Shown in pieces: positions 36,737 to 50,018 of a stretch of 64,000 bases of DNA. The DNA is taken from NCBI RefSeq assembly GCF_001447785.1, contig NW_015174867.1:619641-683640 (forward strand). Direction: 5' to 3'. This DNA is from Gekko japonicus. Its lineage: Eukaryota. The notes beneath the pieces were generated by a model. That model was given only the letters and a program-made list of their open reading frames with translations, was not told the DNA's origin and did not search any database. Each line of letters begins with the position of its first letter. The first letter of the stretch is position 1. Both the position numbers and the translations under genes were made by a program.

Positions 36737-39069
36737 AAACTGGACTCACGTTGGTCAAGCTGGCCCATGACGCTCTGAGCCAGGATCTGAAGGAGCTCCT
36801 TGGCCTCAGATTGGGAGGATAGAGGGTATTCTCTGTTCCCAACTGTTATCACTTGAGCTGTGAATCAAAGCATCTCCTCTTTGACTAGCTTCCTCCTTGA
36901 CATTAAATAATGCATGACAAGCTATGAATGCATCCCACCTTTCACCAACATCTTGCAAAACCCACTGATCACAGTTCATAGCTGAGCCCCTACCCAATCC
37001 TCAATTAATATCTGAAAGAGGCATCAGCTCCTTGGGGTCTTCCTTCTCCTGCACTAATGGTGTCTCTGAGGTCATTATCCTCCTCTGGAGATATACTTGA
37101 CAGGCTGCTGGGAAGAGGCTGCCTGCTGAATTGGGATGCCCAATCTAGATAGGCCATGTACCAAGAAACCAGAGAAGTCAGTTGGATTTAGCGATTATTT
37201 GTCTACATTTTTGAAGAGCGAGACATCAGGGGCGCTTCTGATATTTTTGGGGGGGGGGATTGACTGATGTTGCTTTGAGACTTGGCTATTTTTCTTTGTA
37301 CATTGTTGCTTCCAAGCTACCAACTTGTCTATTTATAAACAAATTTTATTACAAGTTCCAGAGATCTCCAGAGTTTTTCCTAGAAAAAAGAAGCTTATGC
37401 TATAAAAGGGTATTCATATTTAGCATTGTTGAAGGAATCTGAAACAGTATTATTTGTAATTATTGGAGGATGTTTAACACATTGGAGTCATACACAACAT
37501 GTAGAAAATAGACTGTTGAAAATACAGGATAGGTTAAAATACGATGTTGCAAATACATTTCTTCCACTTCCAGTTCTAGGTTCCTTGGTTTCTGTGGCAC
37601 TCTGAACATATCATATTCAATGAGAAGGAAGGGAAGTATTCATTATGGTTGAAGTGTTCCATAATTTGACACATGTGCCCTGATGAGGTTGCTGTTAATG
37701 AAAGACTCCTTTCTTAAAGGCTCTCTTGGAACTTGGCACTCTGGCATTCAAAACAAATTGTCCTAGAAATATTGTTCATGAAGAAATTTCTGTTGTCTGT
37801 TCCAGAGTTATAAAGTAATCAGAACAGAGTGCTGAACTGAAAACCAGGCCTAGGGTCGCTCCCAGTCAGCCATGAAATGTGTTGGGTGGAACTGGGCAAA
37901 TTATCACTCAGCCTGCCTAGTCTCATAGAAAACTGTTTCTATGATCAACCTTCAGTAACTCCATGCCTCCTATTTTTGCATTCATTTTCTACTGTGTGTC
38001 TTACAAGTTTCCTGCAGATATTGGGCAATGCTGTTATTTCCAAGGAGTTCTGCTCTCAAGAGGCTACCACTGGTTTAACCATATTTAACCACAAGGGAAT
38101 AAAAAACCAGCAAGGGATGATTTATGTAAACTCATTTCAGTAGGAAAGCAATTATTCCTATTTCTCCTAAGGACATAAAGCTGGAACCCCGGATTTAAAG
38201 GTTCATGATGAATTTTGAATGAGATTATGTCTCTGATTGTAAGGTTGTTTTTTTTTAGAAACAATATAGGAAGAATAGTCTGTATGAGTATCATGGCATC
38301 CGGCTATATGGATGCAGTAATCTGTATTGCTCTAATCTGTATTTCTTCTGGTAAATGCTGCATCTAAAAACTCAAGTGACCTTCATTCACTTCAAAGTAG
38401 ACCCAACAATGTGAATAAATTCTGTACAACATCTCTGAGTCTCCTTCATTCCTCATAAAATACAAACTTCACGGTTATATCTAGTATGATAAGTATGCTA
38501 TGCCCTTCACTAGATCTCAACATGGGACTGGTCAATTTACAGCAGATTTGGGCTGATAGATATTCTGTAAAGAAAGCAAAGAAAACATAGCAAGATTGTG
38601 AATATCTGAAGGATTATTCACTATTTAGACAACATTTCATGACTCCTGAAAACTCTCTAGTTAAGGTTGTACATGTGAAATGACTATTTCTATACAATTA
38701 AGAGGGCATGTCAAAGGGTGATTATTTAACCTGTGTTGATTGCCTGTGTTGCTATGGTAATTATGAGGCGTGACAAACTGGAGGTGGTGAAGCATAGGGA
38801 GTAAGAGAAGGAGCTATGATCCATGAAGTCCCCAATGCAAATCTCATTTATATCTTGAACTCACTAGGTGGCCTTAGGTAAGACACATTTATCTTACCTT
38901 TAGCTCCTCCCTCCCATGTACGATAGGATAATAATAATGCTGGCCTAACAATTCCTACAGCAAACATAACTGAAACCAACCAGTTGATGTATAGTGTGGT
39001 GGTTGTAATAACAAGTGAGCTGGGAATGGAATGAAAGGAAACTTAAGAATGAAAGAAGAAAAGCAAACC

Positions 39070-40070
39070 TCAGAAAGAAATATCAGTTAAATATAAAAAC
39101 AATAGTCCAAGCTGCAGAATACGTCTAAGAAAGAATTGTTACAATATCCAAGAAGACCAAGAGATACAATGGTAGGATACAGCAATAAAGACAAAACTTC
39201 CCATTCCAAACTAACCAAGACAGTTCTACAAATTGCTAGAGGGAGATGAAAAAGTAGAAGTAAAACCAGACAAAATAAAGACAGCAACCTTCTGGAAAGA
39301 ACTTGGGAAGAATACAGTAAAAAAGAATACAGTAAAAAAGTTACCTGGATCACAAATGTAAAAAACAAACTGAAAGGAAAGCAAATAAAGGATCTTACAG
39401 TAACACTGGAAAGCCTGCAAAAACAATAGAAGAAAGTGAAAAACTGGACAGATCCTGGAAGAGGTGAAGTCCACAGCTATTGGCTTAAAAAGTTGATGTT
39501 TTCGTCCATGAATGGTACAACAGCTTAATGATGTGCTGTGTTCCAAAGCAGTAGGAGATTGGATAACAACTGGCTGGAGATTTCTCATTTTGAAGATCAA
39601 AGAGAAAAGAGCCGTGCCAAGCAACCCCCCACCCATAACCTGCCTCCCAACAACTTTTAAACTACTGACAGGAATTGTAGCCAATTCCATTCAAGAATAT
39701 CTACAGCTCAATTCAATGTTTCCACATGAACAAAAAGAAATTTTCTGTAAAACCCAAGGCACTAAAGATCTGTTACTGATTGAAAAAATGGTCTTACAAA
39801 ATTGTAAATGGTGGGAAACCAGCCTGAATGTTGCTTGGATTGACTACAAGAAGGCACTGAGCTTTGAAGATAATTACAAATATCTTGGAATTTTGGATGC
39901 TGACAACATCAAACATACCCTTGTTAAGAAAAATACAACTAAGGAGTATTACCAAAAAGTTAAAAAGATATTGTGAACAAAACTAAATGAAGGCAACACA
40001 GGAAAGGCAATCAGCACATGGACAGTCCCAGTCCTAAAATACACAACTAGCATTATTGATTGAATGAGCA
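39070..40070 (+). mobile_element. R4/Dong-clade non-LTR retrotransposon RT fragment, internally deleted
   Basis: PITCLPTTFKLLTGIVA..EQK..GTKDLLLIEKMV..LNVAWIDYKKA joined directly to YKYLGI..KEYYQKVKKIL*TKLNEGNTGKAISTWTVPVL; left boundary approximate. Confidence 0.75.
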
Positions 40071-40454
40071 GAGACATCCTTATCCTGGCTTGTTCCCTGG
40101 CACTGTCCTTGCTTCAATGAAGCCTGGGATATCCACAGGTCTCTGCAGGGGAGGTGGGTGAATGAACAAAGTTGATGAAAGCTGCAGTTGCAGACCTACA
40201 CCCGAATTTGAGTTATTGCTGCAAGCCAATTCCTAGTTTAACCATAGTTAAAATAAACCATGGTTTCATGTTATGTCTGAACCAAACCAACAGCTCTGTT
40301 GGGTATTCCTCACTGATACAACCTTATACTTTATTCTGCAGCATTCCAGGCAATAGCTGTTTGTCAGAGCCAAACTAAATGTGATGGAGAAATCGTGGTT
40401 GCCATGAGTTCTCTGTCACCATTTTAAAGTCATTTTAAAATGCAGCAAGGGCAG

Positions 40455-42058
40455 ATTCTGGTTTTGGTGACACAAGAACGGATGCGTCCTATCGCACTCC
40501 GATAGGCATGATCTGGATCGTAGTGGATGGGAGGGGGACTGCCTGATTCGCCCCCCCACAGAGCCCTTGTAGGGGGCTCATAGCCTGGGGTGCAAGATGT
40601 GCTGCTCCTGAGGCATATGCCAAGGGATTGAGGCTCCTCTTTGCCCCAAGAGGTCCCACCACTGCAAGACCAGCAATGGCATCAGAGGTGTACACTGGGA
40701 CGAGTGAACAAGTGATCAAACGTTTGAAGGCTTCCCTACCTTCTCCAAGCAAGCTACCGATGAAACATGAGTACTTGCGACTTTAAATCAGGCAAACTTT
40801 CAAGTGGGCGATCTCCCCCCAAAACCTCTAAGCTAAAAGCAGAGGGGTTGGAGCTGGTCTCACCCCGGAATGGAAAAAAGTGATTTTAAGAGGTAGAGGG
40901 GGGGAAGCTGTTTAAAAAGCATTATATAGCCCAAATAGAGTAGAGAATAGACTAAGAGTGAGATTTTGCAAACTCTTAGAGACTTTATTGAACTTCTTCC
41001 TAAAGTAAACAATCTCACAGTGGGCTGAAAAATGGCCCCGAAAGTGAGACCTTCTTCTGGAACTGCCAGCTCAGCAGCATCAGCTTCCAAGTCGGAAGCA
41101 ACCATAGACTTCCCTAATATGTTAGCTACTGCATTGTGCCCTCTACTGGATCAGATGACTCGGCTCAATAATAACTTTGAATCTCTCCAAAAACAGCTGA
41201 AAGAAACCAATGCAAAAGTGGAAAAAAACAGCTAAAACATTGAAAAAAGTTGATTATAAGACAAAAGCGTTGAAGCAGAGGCTGGAGGCAGTGGAAAAAG
41301 TGAAAGACTCTGAGAAACAACAACTATTATTACTCCAAATGGAAAAATCTTCATATATCCTGAGATTGAGATTTCAGGGTATTCTGGAGGAAAAATATGA
41401 AAATCTTAAGGAGACTTTGAGTGAAGTGTTGGCACCAGCAGTAGATCTCAAAGCAGAGTTTTTACAAAGTGAGATGGATGTGGTCTATCAGTCATATCCA
41501 GACTACATCAAGAAAAACAATCTTCAACTTTAAGGATAATAAAGGATAAAAAAAAAAGCTAAAGCTGTTACAAAAGCTAAAGCATTTTTGGAGAAATAAC
41601 AAAAAAATGAGAAAGCGGAAGAGAAAGTGGAGGACGACAACGCAGAGATTGACAGCAGTGAAATCTGGATCGGGAAATTCTACCAGCTCATCGAACAGTT
41701 CCTCAGAAGTGGGATGAGAATCTGATATGGAAGCAGCTGCCCCCAACCTTCTTAGAGTCCACTGGGACTATGATAAGAGTAAAGGGAAAAAGAAGAAATA
41801 AATTGAAAAAGAAGAAGAAATTTACACTACTAAGCGTAAAATACATAACCCACCTATTTTGACTAGTACTGTTTATACTGATTTTTTAAAAATAGAATCT
41901 CACCCTTTGTCTTGATTGAGTGAAAACTAAGGGAAACCTTGAAATAAGCATTTGTGTCGTATTAGATCCTTGTTTAACTTTTTATTCTTAGTTAGATGTC
42001 CCCCTGTCCCTATTCCTGTAGTTTGTAGTGAAAAAGCAATACAAAAAATATATATTAA
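40455..42058 (+). mobile_element. Complete ORF2-less L1 derivative (HAL1/half-L1-like) with degraded ORF1
   Basis: 18-bp TSD aaaatgcagcaagggcag (40437-40454, 42059-42076) at a TTTT/AAAA site; ORF1-like coiled coil and LRFQGILEE RRM start (41032-41533, frameshifted); A-rich 3' end. Confidence 0.75.
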
Positions 42059-42324
42059 AAAATGCAGCAAGGGCAGGACCATGGTGCAGAGCTCTTCCCC
42101 CACACTCCACACCTTTTCAAATGCCAGAAGAGCCACGAGGGGGGGGGAGCACAGTTGTTATGATGTTGCCTGCTTATTTTTGTTATATTTCTAGATCAAA
42201 ACCACTATTTTTAAAATATGGTGGCAATAAATATGACAATAACATCTGATAAAACTAAGATTATATATTATGAAGATAGAGTATAATTGATCCTCACATT
42301 TATTACACATTTATTACTGGGGTC

Positions 42325-43515
42325 AGGTTAAGGTTCCGGCTATCACATTCAAAGCCCTTCATGGCTTTTACCCCTCTTATTTGCAGGACTGCCTTATGGG
42401 TCAAAATGTCAAAGGTAGCAAGCAGCAGTTACTGTAGATGAGTTTGATCTGACTGTCAAACCTAGCTGTCAGGCTAGCAATCATGTAACTACAGACAGAT
42501 GCTTCTACCAGGTGTTGCTCTTTCAGGTCTTGTTAGAAATTACATCACAATGTTTGGGATTGGCTAGAGTTCAGCATAATAGCTGTCTGCTTAGTTAGCT
42601 ATGGGGGACTCAGTTCTCAGAGACTAAGGCATGGCATGCTGTTCAATGGCCTGGTAAATATCTGTATATGTTCACCTTTATAAACTCTCTGTGCACCTTC
42701 ATATCTGGTCAGTCTCCTGCTTCTTATTTTCATAACCCAACATGCCCTTGTCCCTATGCTCCACCACAACAACTTCACTTGGCCAGTGTGGTGCTGTGGT
42801 TAAAAGCAGTAGACTCTAATCTGGAGAACTGGGTTTGATTCCCCACTCCTACATATGAAGCCAGTTGAATGACTTTGAGTCAGTCACAATTCTCTCAGAA
42901 CTCTCTCAGCCCCACCTACCTCACAGGGTGTCTGCTGTGGGGAGAGGAAGGGAAGGTGATTGTAAGCTGCTTTGAGACTCCTTAAGGATGGTGGAGAAAA
43001 GAAGGGTATAAAAACCAAGTCTTCTCCTCCCCCCCTCCTCCTCAGCAGGGGCTTCTCCAGGTGACAACCTGCAAATATGCAAAACCAACAACTGCCCACG
43101 CAAGTGCTTTCTCCACTGTGACTCCCACCTTGTGGAATGGCCTGCCTGAGGAGGTCAAGAAAGCTCCCACTCCCCTGGCCCTCTGCAAATGATGCAAAAC
43201 TGAACTATTCAAGAGGGCTTTTCTGCACAGTAATATGGTTACACTGTACAAAATGGTTCACAAACTTATTTGGAAAAATTATTAGAGACTGTGGTCTATA
43301 TAGCTTATTGTAAGTAGGTTTCCATTATGCAATTTCTGTACTGCTAAATGTGTCAAATTCATACTTATGCTATGTTTCAGTTCTTTCTGATGGTTCCGGA
43401 TGCCTAAAATCCTAATGTATTGGTTATTGAATGTCCCATTTTGTTGATTGTACTGTCTTGCTATGTGTAATCCACCTTGAATCCCTGTGAGAAAGGCAGA
43501 TTATAAATAATAAAA
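42325..43515 (+). mobile_element. Fragmented L2 3' portion interrupted by other insertions
   Basis: ITFKALHG.., AFSTVTPTLWNGLPEEV..CK..KTELF motifs; tail gtaatccaccttga..gagaaaggcagattataaat. Confidence 0.65.
42781..43043 (+). mobile_element. tRNA-derived SINE (Squam3-like) inserted into L2
   Basis: Homologous to 36455-36736. Confidence 0.85.
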
Positions 43516-44082
43516 GTAACATGCTGAGAAACTGAGCTTACCCTGCTTGCCCACGCATTTTCTCTCAAGCTAAGCACGTGATTTAAAACAATATGAATGT
43601 CCAGGGTATGTGTTGATTCTTTGTGCACAGTCAGTCAAATTCATAGTCACACTAGTTAGCTGGCTGGTAACTGTAGTTGGCAAACATTCAGAAAAATAGG
43701 GCAAGGCATTGTGATACATGGCATACACAAAGCATTGCATAGTTGCCAAGTCAATGCATTGCTTTCACCTGCACACCACCCACAGTTTCCCCTGTGATAC
43801 TGCAAGAATGTGAATGCGAAGTTTGGCGATATTTAGACCCCCCCCCCCCCCCCCCCAGCCACTCAACTCCTTCCTCCCTACGATTTTGAAAATTATTGTT
43901 GCCTCGAATAGGCGTAAACTTCGTGGGGGCGGCGGGGCTTCAGCCCCCGCCAAAATTTTCAGGAAGGTGCTCAGCCTCCCCCGGGAGCCACCCTTGCTCC
44001 TAGCAAAGCAATACCTCTGGGCCAGCCCCAGCCCCCCCCCCCCCCGGGGGATTGGAAAGACTACACCCACCAGAACACGCAC

Positions 44083-44190
44083 NNNNNNNNNNNNNNNNNN
44101 NNNNNNNNNNNNNNNNNNNNNNNNNNNNNNNNNNNNNNNNNNNNNNNNNNNNNNNNNNNNNNNNNNNNNNNNNNNNNNNNNNNNNNNNNN
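44083..44190. other. Assembly gap (108 N)
   Basis: N run. Confidence 1.
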
Positions 44191-44343
44191 ACTCTTTCCA
44201 CCTACCTTATGTTAGGGTAGCAATAACAATGGATCAACCACTATAGAAGTGGTGAGGTATTTAAAGGGTTAATTTACTTGAAACATTATTCAACAAATAG
44301 TTGGGGGGTGAAGTTGCCTAGTAGGGCTTAGAAGTTTCTTCTG

Positions 44344-44427
44344 GTTTCTGTTTTGCTTGCTTTTGGTGCTTGCTGGATCTGCTGTGGTTTCTGTTTTGCA
44401 TGCTTTTGGTGCTTGCTGGATCTGCTG
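44344..44427. repeat. 42-bp tandem duplication
   Basis: ggtttctgttttgc(t/a)tgcttttggtgcttgctggatctgctg x2. Confidence 0.85.
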
Positions 44428-44473
44428 CAGACCAGGAGAGTGGTCTGTACCTGTTTGTTATCTGTTCTGTGTT

Positions 44474-44720
44474 TAGGGATGCCAACCTCTGGGTGGGACC
44501 TGGGGATCCCCTGGAATTACAGCTTATCTCCAGACTACAGAGATAAGTTCCCCTGGAGAAAATGGATGTTTTGGAGGATGGACTCTCTGGCATTGTACCC
44601 TACTGAGGTCCCTGTCCTCTCCAGGCTCCATCCCCAAATCTCTAGGAGCTTCCCAACCTGGAGCTGGCAACCCTACCCCCACCCGTGCCCCTGGTGGCCA
44701 GGGGGGACCTGGCAACCCTA
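44474..44720. mobile_element. tagggttgcc..ggcaacccta non-autonomous DNA element
   Basis: Both TIR-like ends present; homologous to 16998-17240 and 57587-57805. Confidence 0.75.
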
Positions 44721-44979
44721 TGTGTGCTTCAAAGTTAAGTAAAAGTTTTACATCTTAAAAGAATCTGCGGCCTGGACTCATTTGCAAAACTGTAATGTCT
44801 ATCACCTTCTTATAAGGTTATTCTGAGGATAAGATGAAAGAGAACAGAACACTGTATGCTGCCCTGAGATTCTTGGAGGAAGGGCAGGATAAAAATGCAG
44901 TAAATAGAGAATTGCTCTACAGTTCTAAATAAAATGGGCAGAACATCTGAGACATCTGAGAACATCTGCTTGTTTATGC

Positions 44980-45190
44980 AGCTGCTGGTGTGACCTTGGT
45001 CAGTCACAAGTTCTCTCAGAGCTGTTCTCTCATGAGCAGTTCTCAAAAGAGCTCTCTCAGCCCCACCTACCTCACAGGGTGTCTGTTGTGGGGAGGGAAA
45101 AGGAAAGGGATTGTAAGCCGCTCTGAGACTCCTTTGAGTAGTGAAGGGCAGGTTATAAATCCATTCTTCTTCTTTTTCTTCTTCTTCTTC
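44980..45190 (+). mobile_element. 5'-truncated Squam3-like SINE with a (TTC)n tail
   Basis: Homologous to the other copies. Confidence 0.8.
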
Positions 45191-46224
45191 TGATTGTTTT
45201 AACTTGATTTTACCATATGTTATTGTTTGTTTATATCCAACTGTTGTGAGCCGCTCTGAAACCATCTCAGGATAGGGCGGGATATAAACCGAATAATATA
45301 AATAAGATAAATAAATAATAAATAAAACTGTCATGAAAATTTATCACTGGATTTGAAGAAGCAGTCTTTCATATCTCACCTTGAAAGGAAACTAGTATGT
45401 TAACTTTGTTTAATCCAGAAACTTTAATTTTTATATCTTGGATATCTAGACAAAAATTGTATATTCAAGAAAAAAACCCCAAAGTTGTAAACCTGAGCGA
45501 TCTGGGGGACTGAACCTCGTAACAGATGAGACTCCCCTTCTTAATGCACAAGGCCTGCCAATGACAACTACATTAGTCTTGTCTGGATTCTGTTTCCATC
45601 AGCTCACCCAGTGCCATAACTTCTGACATTGCATGATCTCATCAGTTGCTGGCTGAATTCCAAGCATTTTGGATTAGGCTTTTTAGGGAGGAGGACATAT
45701 CCATGTTCACATTAGCACACAATCAAAACAAGAAGTGTTTGTACTGCCTTACTCGAAGGTGAATGGAAACAATTTGTGAAGGAGCAATACAGTGTACTAG
45801 GACTTGCTCTTGGAGGCATATGCAGGGCAGGAAGGAAAGTCTGGATACTGTTGGTGAATGAAATCATGGGAAAAGTCTTGTTCCCAATGTTTAAATCATA
45901 ATGGTTAAGTTAAGCAAAACACTTTTCACTGTTGATCTTCACTGAATAATACTGGCAAGGAATTGTGCAGGAGGGGGAAAATGAATGAAAATGGGTGGGG
46001 CTGGAAACAATTGGAGTCCTTTTGTTGTTTCCCTTCCATTACTTTGATATTATTTTTGTGCCAGATGTTTATTTATAAAAATTTCTAACGAGCATTTCAT
46101 ACCATCCACTGATACTGTATTATACAAGGTAATTTGTCTTATCATTATGTTTCATAATAATAAATGTACATTCTTGTTCTTGCAACATCTGATTTACCTA
46201 CCTATTCCACATTTAGTGGTGAGT

Positions 46225-46395
46225 TTACCACAAGACAGCAGAGTTTCAAGGCAAGAGAAGCTCAGAGGTGGTTTGCCATTGCCTGCCTCTGCATAGCGAC
46301 CCCAGTATTCCTTGGTGGTCTTGCATCCAAAAACTGACCAGGGCTCACTCTGCTTAGCTTCTGAGATCTGTCAAGATTGGACCATCCTGGGTTAT
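46225..46395 (-). mobile_element. 5S rRNA-derived SINE (5S-Sauria-like)
   Basis: catccaaaaactgaccagggctcactctgcttagcttctgagatctg resembles the reverse complement of 5S rRNA; body has cagaggtggtttgccattgcct. Confidence 0.7.
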
Positions 46396-47094
46396 CTTGA
46401 CAAAGACCATCAAAACGAAACTCAAGACTACATACAAACACACACACCCAGCCAAACAGTTGTTCCATCAAGTAAATGCCTTTGATTGTCATAAACCACA
46501 ATGAAGGCACCCAAAGACTGTTCCATAATCAAGTGTTGTTGTGGGTTTTGTTTTTTTTTAAGCTCTTTCTGTCACTCTGCAGTTGCACTTGTTTCTCCTT
46601 TCCCTTGCTGGGAATGTATTACAAATTGGCACCTTCAATAAAGATATTGAAGGGTGTCGTAGAATTGGCCTTGCAAGGTGTCATAAAGTTGGCCTGTTTG
46701 CAAACACCATTGCAAGGAACACTGTAGGTGTTTAAACTCCAGGCCAGAGCTACATTAAATAACTATTATTAAATGAGAAAAGAAGAGGCAAACACCAGAG
46801 ATTCAAAGAATGTACTGAGAAGAGAATTGAGTCTCCTGTGTAGATGACTCAGTACTGTGGTGTGATGGGCAGGGACACACCACTGATTCTCGTGGGCTCC
46901 TGAGGACCTGACAAAATGCAGACGTTTAACCCTCTAGCCTGCACCAACTCAAGTGGATATCACCTCAGTTATACATTCTGAGTTTTCAGGCACATTACCT
47001 TACAGGCAGGGGACCTACAATGATTTGAAAGAGGCATCTCATTTAACCCTTCCCCACTATTTCCTCTTTCGGAACCAATACAATATATTGAGCG

Positions 47095-47405
47095 ATTCTT
47101 TTCTTTTTTTTAATTTAAATTTTTCATTTTATTGTTTTGTCATAAAATAGGTTACATAAAAATTGATTATACCAACAGTAAGAACAATCAAATAACAAAG
47201 TAAGTAACATCAAGAGTCTGAAAAAGTACAGTTTTTGGTCAAAATAGGAGAGTATAAACTCCTTTCTGTTATCTTATCAATATTATACATTTCGTCAAAA
47301 TATATCCCTGTGCGTGAATGCTAAGCATCTATATCCTTTAAATAGTCCATTGCCCTTTTCTTGATCTCTCCTCTTTCCCACAAACCAGCCAACCAACCCT
47401 TATCT
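47095..47405 (-). mobile_element. L1 3' end
   Basis: Poly-T, with aataaa on the minus strand and an ORF2-end-like ..KGQWTI.. segment. Confidence 0.45.
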
Positions 47406-47408
47406 GCC

Positions 47409-47574
47409 GCAGGAACTCCTTTGCATATTAGGCGACACACCCCTAATGTAGCCAATCCTCCAAGAGCTTACAGAGCTCTTCTTACAGGAGCTACTGTAAG
47501 CTCTTGGAGGATTGGCAACGTTAGGGGTGTGTCGCCTAATATGCAAAGGAGTTCCTGCTACAAAAAGAGCCCTG
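47409..47574. mobile_element. Palindromic hAT-type MITE (left end truncated)
   Basis: gcaggaactcctttgcatattaggcgacacaccccta.. is nearly perfectly inverted to ..taggggtgtgtcgcctaatatgcaaaggagttcctgc. Confidence 0.8.
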
Positions 47575-49563
47575 CGTCAGCTGTCCCACCTTCTTTCCTC
47601 TCTTTGCAGTCTCTGCCCAGGAAAAGTACGGCCTAGTTGTATAGTGGCAGCAGCCGCACAGTGGCAGCAGTTGGGGAACCCTCAATGGCTTTTGGGAAGC
47701 AACTCCCTTTCCCCTGCATCCCTGTCCCCAAACTATTTCCTCTTTCTCTCCTCCTCGCAACCTGTATGTCCTCAGCTTTTCCTGCTTCTTTCTCTCTTCC
47801 TTCCCACTCACCCACCTTTTATCTGTACCTGTCTTTGGATATATTGATATTTATCTGCTTCATTTATACCATACCTTTCTCTAAAATGGGCACCCAAAGC
47901 AGCTTGCAGCATTCTCCTTTTTTTCCCCTTTTATCACAACAACCCTGTGAGATAAGTTAGGCTTAGAACATGATGTGACTAGACCAAAGTCACCCTGAGT
48001 GGAAATCTGAACTTGGGTCTTCTAGATCCTTTTCAGAAACTCTAACCACTACACTATGCTGGCTTTTACGGAACTGCAGCTGTTGAACAGTAGCAAGCTG
48101 CTGGGCCTGGATAAGTTGTGCAAGTCGGATAGTAGCAAGTCTCCTGGAAGTTGTTGCTGGGCCTGGCCTCAGTGAATTCTTCCTCAAAGTCCAAAATAAT
48201 TCAGGAAAGAACCCTGCCTCCCCTCCACACACTTTTACTGACAGAAACTTGAGGGCTAGATGACTGGCAATACCTTTGTGGTTGCCTAGCAACAGCCACT
48301 GAGAGCATTCTTTAAAGATACAGGCAGTGCTTCTATAATTTTGGAGGATTTCAACCCCCAATGAGTTATAGATTTCAGATTCTTCCCTGCAAACTGGGGC
48401 TTTTTTCCTGTTTTGTAGAAGAATCTGATTGTGTCTGTTCATGGCTCCAGTCTCCGGATTTATGTAGCTACAGATTTGTCGTTGTTGAGAATTAAATACA
48501 CCGTGATATTCGATTAGCAAATTACACAGAGTTGATCTAATTTTTTAGTTTACATGACACTCATTTTCGTTGAAATCATAAGATAATTCTCTTTGACAGT
48601 ACTGAATACGTTCTGCGAACAGCAAGCTGAATGCTTTCCAGACACATTGTAAGTCACTGGTAGTCAAATGTCAAAGGGCAGAAAGCTGTCACTGGATCAA
48701 AAGGGCAGATAACAGAGAAGGCAGAGCAGAAAACAATGCAACACTTGTAGCTTCACCTCTGATTTGCCCTCATTTAATGGGGAATTGCATTTAAATGACA
48801 GGGCCAAACCCAGCCATTCTTCTGCCGTTCCTTTTTTCCCCGTCTAATGTACATGTCAGGGTTTGTGTTGCTGACGGTTCCCATTACAGAGCCCTTTTTA
48901 TAAATACATGGGCCATTTTCACACAGAGGTCACATTCCATATTCCATAAAATTACTGAACACTCTTTTCTTTATCATTCCAAATAAAGAACGCTTTTTCC
49001 ACCACAATTCATTATATCTAATTTTGTCTTATGTAGTTAGTCACATCTGTTATACATAGCAAGGATTCCATAAATCTGGAAAGAGACAGAGACAAATGAG
49101 CACTCCCAGAACTCACATGAGATACATGTGTGAAGGAATAATTGTGTATGGAGTGGCATTTAATTTTCAGATCCCGAGGGTATTGACTCCTGTTTGGGGG
49201 GGGGGAGATGTAATCTAAATAGATACAGTGTTAAGCAGGCCGTGTGAAAATCTGTTTGTTTATTACAAGTACTCAACTATTAGGCCTAAGAGAAGATATT
49301 AAGAGAACCCACTCCGATCTTTTGTGCTATGGTGTGGTGTAATTCTCCTATCTAGGCACTGCAAGTAGGCTAATTCTTACAAAGACACATAATCTTAGAT
49401 ATCATAGCATGACTCATGTGAAAACCAGGAGAAATAAGACACCACACACCAGAGATACAGCCAGGAGCAGGGAAGAGTTCAGTAAGAAAAAACAAATGAA
49501 CAATAGTCTGCATGCTTTTCAGTTACATCTTACAGAAAGTGTACCATTTCCTAACCTTTCTAG

Positions 49564-50018
49564 GGCCCCTGCCACACGGCAGGGGATAAGTTGCTCTCAT
49601 TTAATGGGGAATTTCGGAGCTTTCTTTTAAAGGCTGTTCCTCCTCCCACGATCCCCTGGGCTGCGGCGCCTTTTCTCCCCGGCACGATCAGATGCAGGGG
49701 AGAAAACACAGTTCAGACGGGGAGCCTGCCGAACTGCGCATGTTGGAGCATGCGCAGTCCGGCTAGGAGCCGGGGATAAGCCAGCGCAAAGACGCGCTGG
49801 CGATCCGACGGCCCGGCTTGTGGCGCTTCAATCAGAAGAACCACCAGGTTAGGTGGTTCTTTTTGGTGCGGGGTTTCGGCCGGGAGAGACAGATCGGAGA
49901 CGGGCAGGCAACGATTCCCAGATGTTGCCGTGGGATCGTGCCCGTTTGATCCGCCCCCGTTTGATCCGCCCCCGTACTGTCTCGCTCCCGGACCAAAACC
50001 CCTCATATGAACAGGACC
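49564..50018. mobile_element. CpG-rich MITE (Harbinger-like), copy 1
   Basis: Homologous to 51764-52207 (ctgccgaactgcgcatg..gagcatgc..cgctggcgatcc..cccagatgttgc). Confidence 0.6.

Noticed and set aside
43765-44246. Pro/Gly-rich ORFs with C runs
   Set aside because: Low-complexity sequence adjoining an N gap; probably low quality
46310-46395. 5S rRNA gene
   Set aside because: Partial, diverged and fused to a SINE body
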